From Lama guanicoe (Eukaryota), in the NCBI GenBank assembly GCA_013239625.1, contig MU054187.1, positions 17,972,711 through 18,036,710 on the forward strand: DNA of 64,000 nucleotides, given 5' to 3'. A program made the translations under genes and the position numbers. The notes below the pieces were generated by a model. The model was not told where the DNA came from and did no database searches. It was given only the letters and a program-made list of their open reading frames with translations. The first letter of the stretch is position 1; each line of letters opens with the position of its first letter. Of this stretch, positions 62,036 to 64,000 are shown piece after piece.

Positions 62036-63445
62036 TTGTTTAGTATATTTTAAACAAATTTAGCAATCTACTTTTATTGGTGCTGTAAAGGGAATTTTTG
62101 TTTTATTTTAAATTATATAATCTAAAATATATTAATAGGGTCATTGGAAAAATTTCTAAAGTCATCCAAGAAGGTATTTATTCCTAATAAAGAGAAGTTC
62201 TTCATATGGAAAATAGTGAACTGTTGGAATGGAAATTACTAAATCCCCAAAGTAAATTATAACCTATCATTTGTTATTATTGTTATTGTTAAAATAGTCT
62301 CAAATTCAAGCTTGACATTTCAAGTATTGGCTGTAATTTCAACCATGTGATTTCCACTACAGGCAATTAATTGAATTGATATTTCCCAAAATAATTCCTT
62401 GGAAATGATCTAGTCTGACTTTTAAGGCCAGAGGTTGAGAAGATAATATATTATTTTTCTTTATTTCTTTGTCAAAGCAAGAGCTGTAGTAAAAGGGAAA
62501 CGGTTTAATTTTTTTCCTTCAAAGATGGGAGGTAATTATTTGGAAGAAGAAGTGGAAGAAATATAATTATTAGTTATGATTAGTTTTTTTTCCTTTTCCC
62601 ACCCATCTGTTTCTTTCATGTATCTATCCAAATCTAAAGAAACAAATTTCCCGTTAAGTAAGTACACATGAAGAAAGAGTAAAACAAGGTTTGGAAGCAG
62701 CAGAGTCTTAGGCATTTAATACATGTCAGTCAATGCGTCCTGTAAAAAGAATCTGTACTTATTCCATACATTCAGAATTGATACATTTCTCTTATCCTGA
62801 CATTTTATCTATTAGCTTCACCATCTTACCAATAGCCGTGGTACCTTTTTGCAACATTCTCCTGATATGTAATCACATAATGGTAACAACTTTTATTCAT
62901 CTTTAAAGTAGGAACAAACAATTGCCACCTGTCATATAGGATGGTTGTGAGGGTCTAGAAAAGATTCAAAGGACTTCTGTAAACTACCCAGTAAGGAAAA
63001 TATTATTGCTCTATGTATTTATCAAATTTATCATCTTTTTTAAAGATGCTTTGGAATAATAATCAAGCAACCAATATAAGCACAGCTTGTCTAATGGCTT
63101 TTTATATTTATTTTGCTTACTCTCTGAAAAAGTCCAGTTGAATTATACTTCAAAATTCAATCATGTGAAAGACAGGGGGTAAAAAAGGAACTTTGGACAC
63201 TATGTTCCAAAGCAAATCATCTGTACTGATATAGACAATAAATGCTTCCTTCATAATGTCCTTGGCTGCTGTGGCAGAATGCCTGAAATTCTTCTCTACA
63301 TAATATGTAACTGATAGAAATATCTTTCTTTTTCTTATTCCTCTTTGTATGCATACCAATGAGAAAAAGTTATGTAATTTGGCAATGTCGAGGGTGAAAG
63401 GGTAAAGTAAAATATTAGACTCAAGAATTTTCTTTGTAATCTGGG

Positions 63446-63488
63446 ATGTGTGTGTGTGTGTGTGTGTGTGTACACGCACACACATATA
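63446..63488. repeat. (TG)12 followed by an inverted (CA)-like tract
   Basis: a(tg)12-tacacgcacacacatata. Confidence 0.9.
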
Positions 63489-63814
63489 ATCTTTAGGATA
63501 CATATTTGAGACATGTTATAGTAGTATATAGACATATAATTTTTTTAGACCTTTGTTGTATTAATCCAGATTCATGCGATATCCCATATCTATATAAATG
63601 TTGTAAATATAGAATTATTTTGTGACTCCTGACATATCTGGGGCAAAGATCTAGAGAAATTGTGCAAGTAGGGTCCGTCTAAGGCCAAGTCTTCTGTAGA
63701 TGACAGTGCAGCTTTACCAGTAATTCCAGTTCCCAGTTTTACTTCATTTTCTATCAAAAGCCCCCAATATAAATAAGCCTCCTGCAGTGATAAAGCAAGA
63801 GTTATGAGTGCCAA

Positions 63815-63960
63815 AGAATTCAGAACCTTGTCACAGCTCTGTCACTAACATGCTGTGTGTCTGGTAGTAAATCACTTTTAAATATATAATCTTTTCCATA
63901 TTTGTCATGTCAAGGATGGAAGATTTGAACCTGAAAATATTCTCTAAATTTTAACACTTT
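63815..63960 (+). mobile_element. MIR/MIR3 fragment
   Basis: 'cagctctgtcactaacatgctgtgtg...aaatcacttt'. Confidence 0.6.
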
Positions 63961-64000
63961 TAATAATCTCTGATTAGATCTTGAATTTCTCTCTAGTTCT

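Overview
AT-rich eutherian genomic DNA, very likely camelid: a tRNA-derived camelid (Vic-1-type) SINE lies at 7314-7480 and several artiodactyl/camelid-type L1 3' ends are present. I recognise no host protein-coding exon, RNA gene or CpG island, so the window reads as intergenic or deep-intronic. The only ORFs with recognisable protein similarity are decayed transposon remnants (Tigger1 transposase 9810-10520, L2 endonuclease about 56705-56938, L1 ORF2 pieces). Much of the window is a layered fossil record of L1, L2, MIR, MaLR/ERVL/ERV1 solo LTRs and hAT/Tigger DNA transposons, with unique spacers between them. The most notable observations are: (1) two near-perfect RFX X-boxes about 1 kb apart beside a CpG-enriched unique segment followed by a strong splice donor (36563-37600), a candidate unannotated promoter or enhancer; (2) a twin-primed 5'-inverted L1 (47520-48180) next to an ERVL LTR with a CTCF-like site; (3) four young L1 copies whose breakpoints fall at the same G-rich point of the 3' UTR; (4) several nested insertions, a recent 225-bp-period duplication and a 12-bp hairpin next to a candidate micro-exon. 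I found no convincing novel multi-gene system. Repeat subfamily names come from recalled consensus sequences, and boundaries are approximate unless a TSD or TIR is cited.
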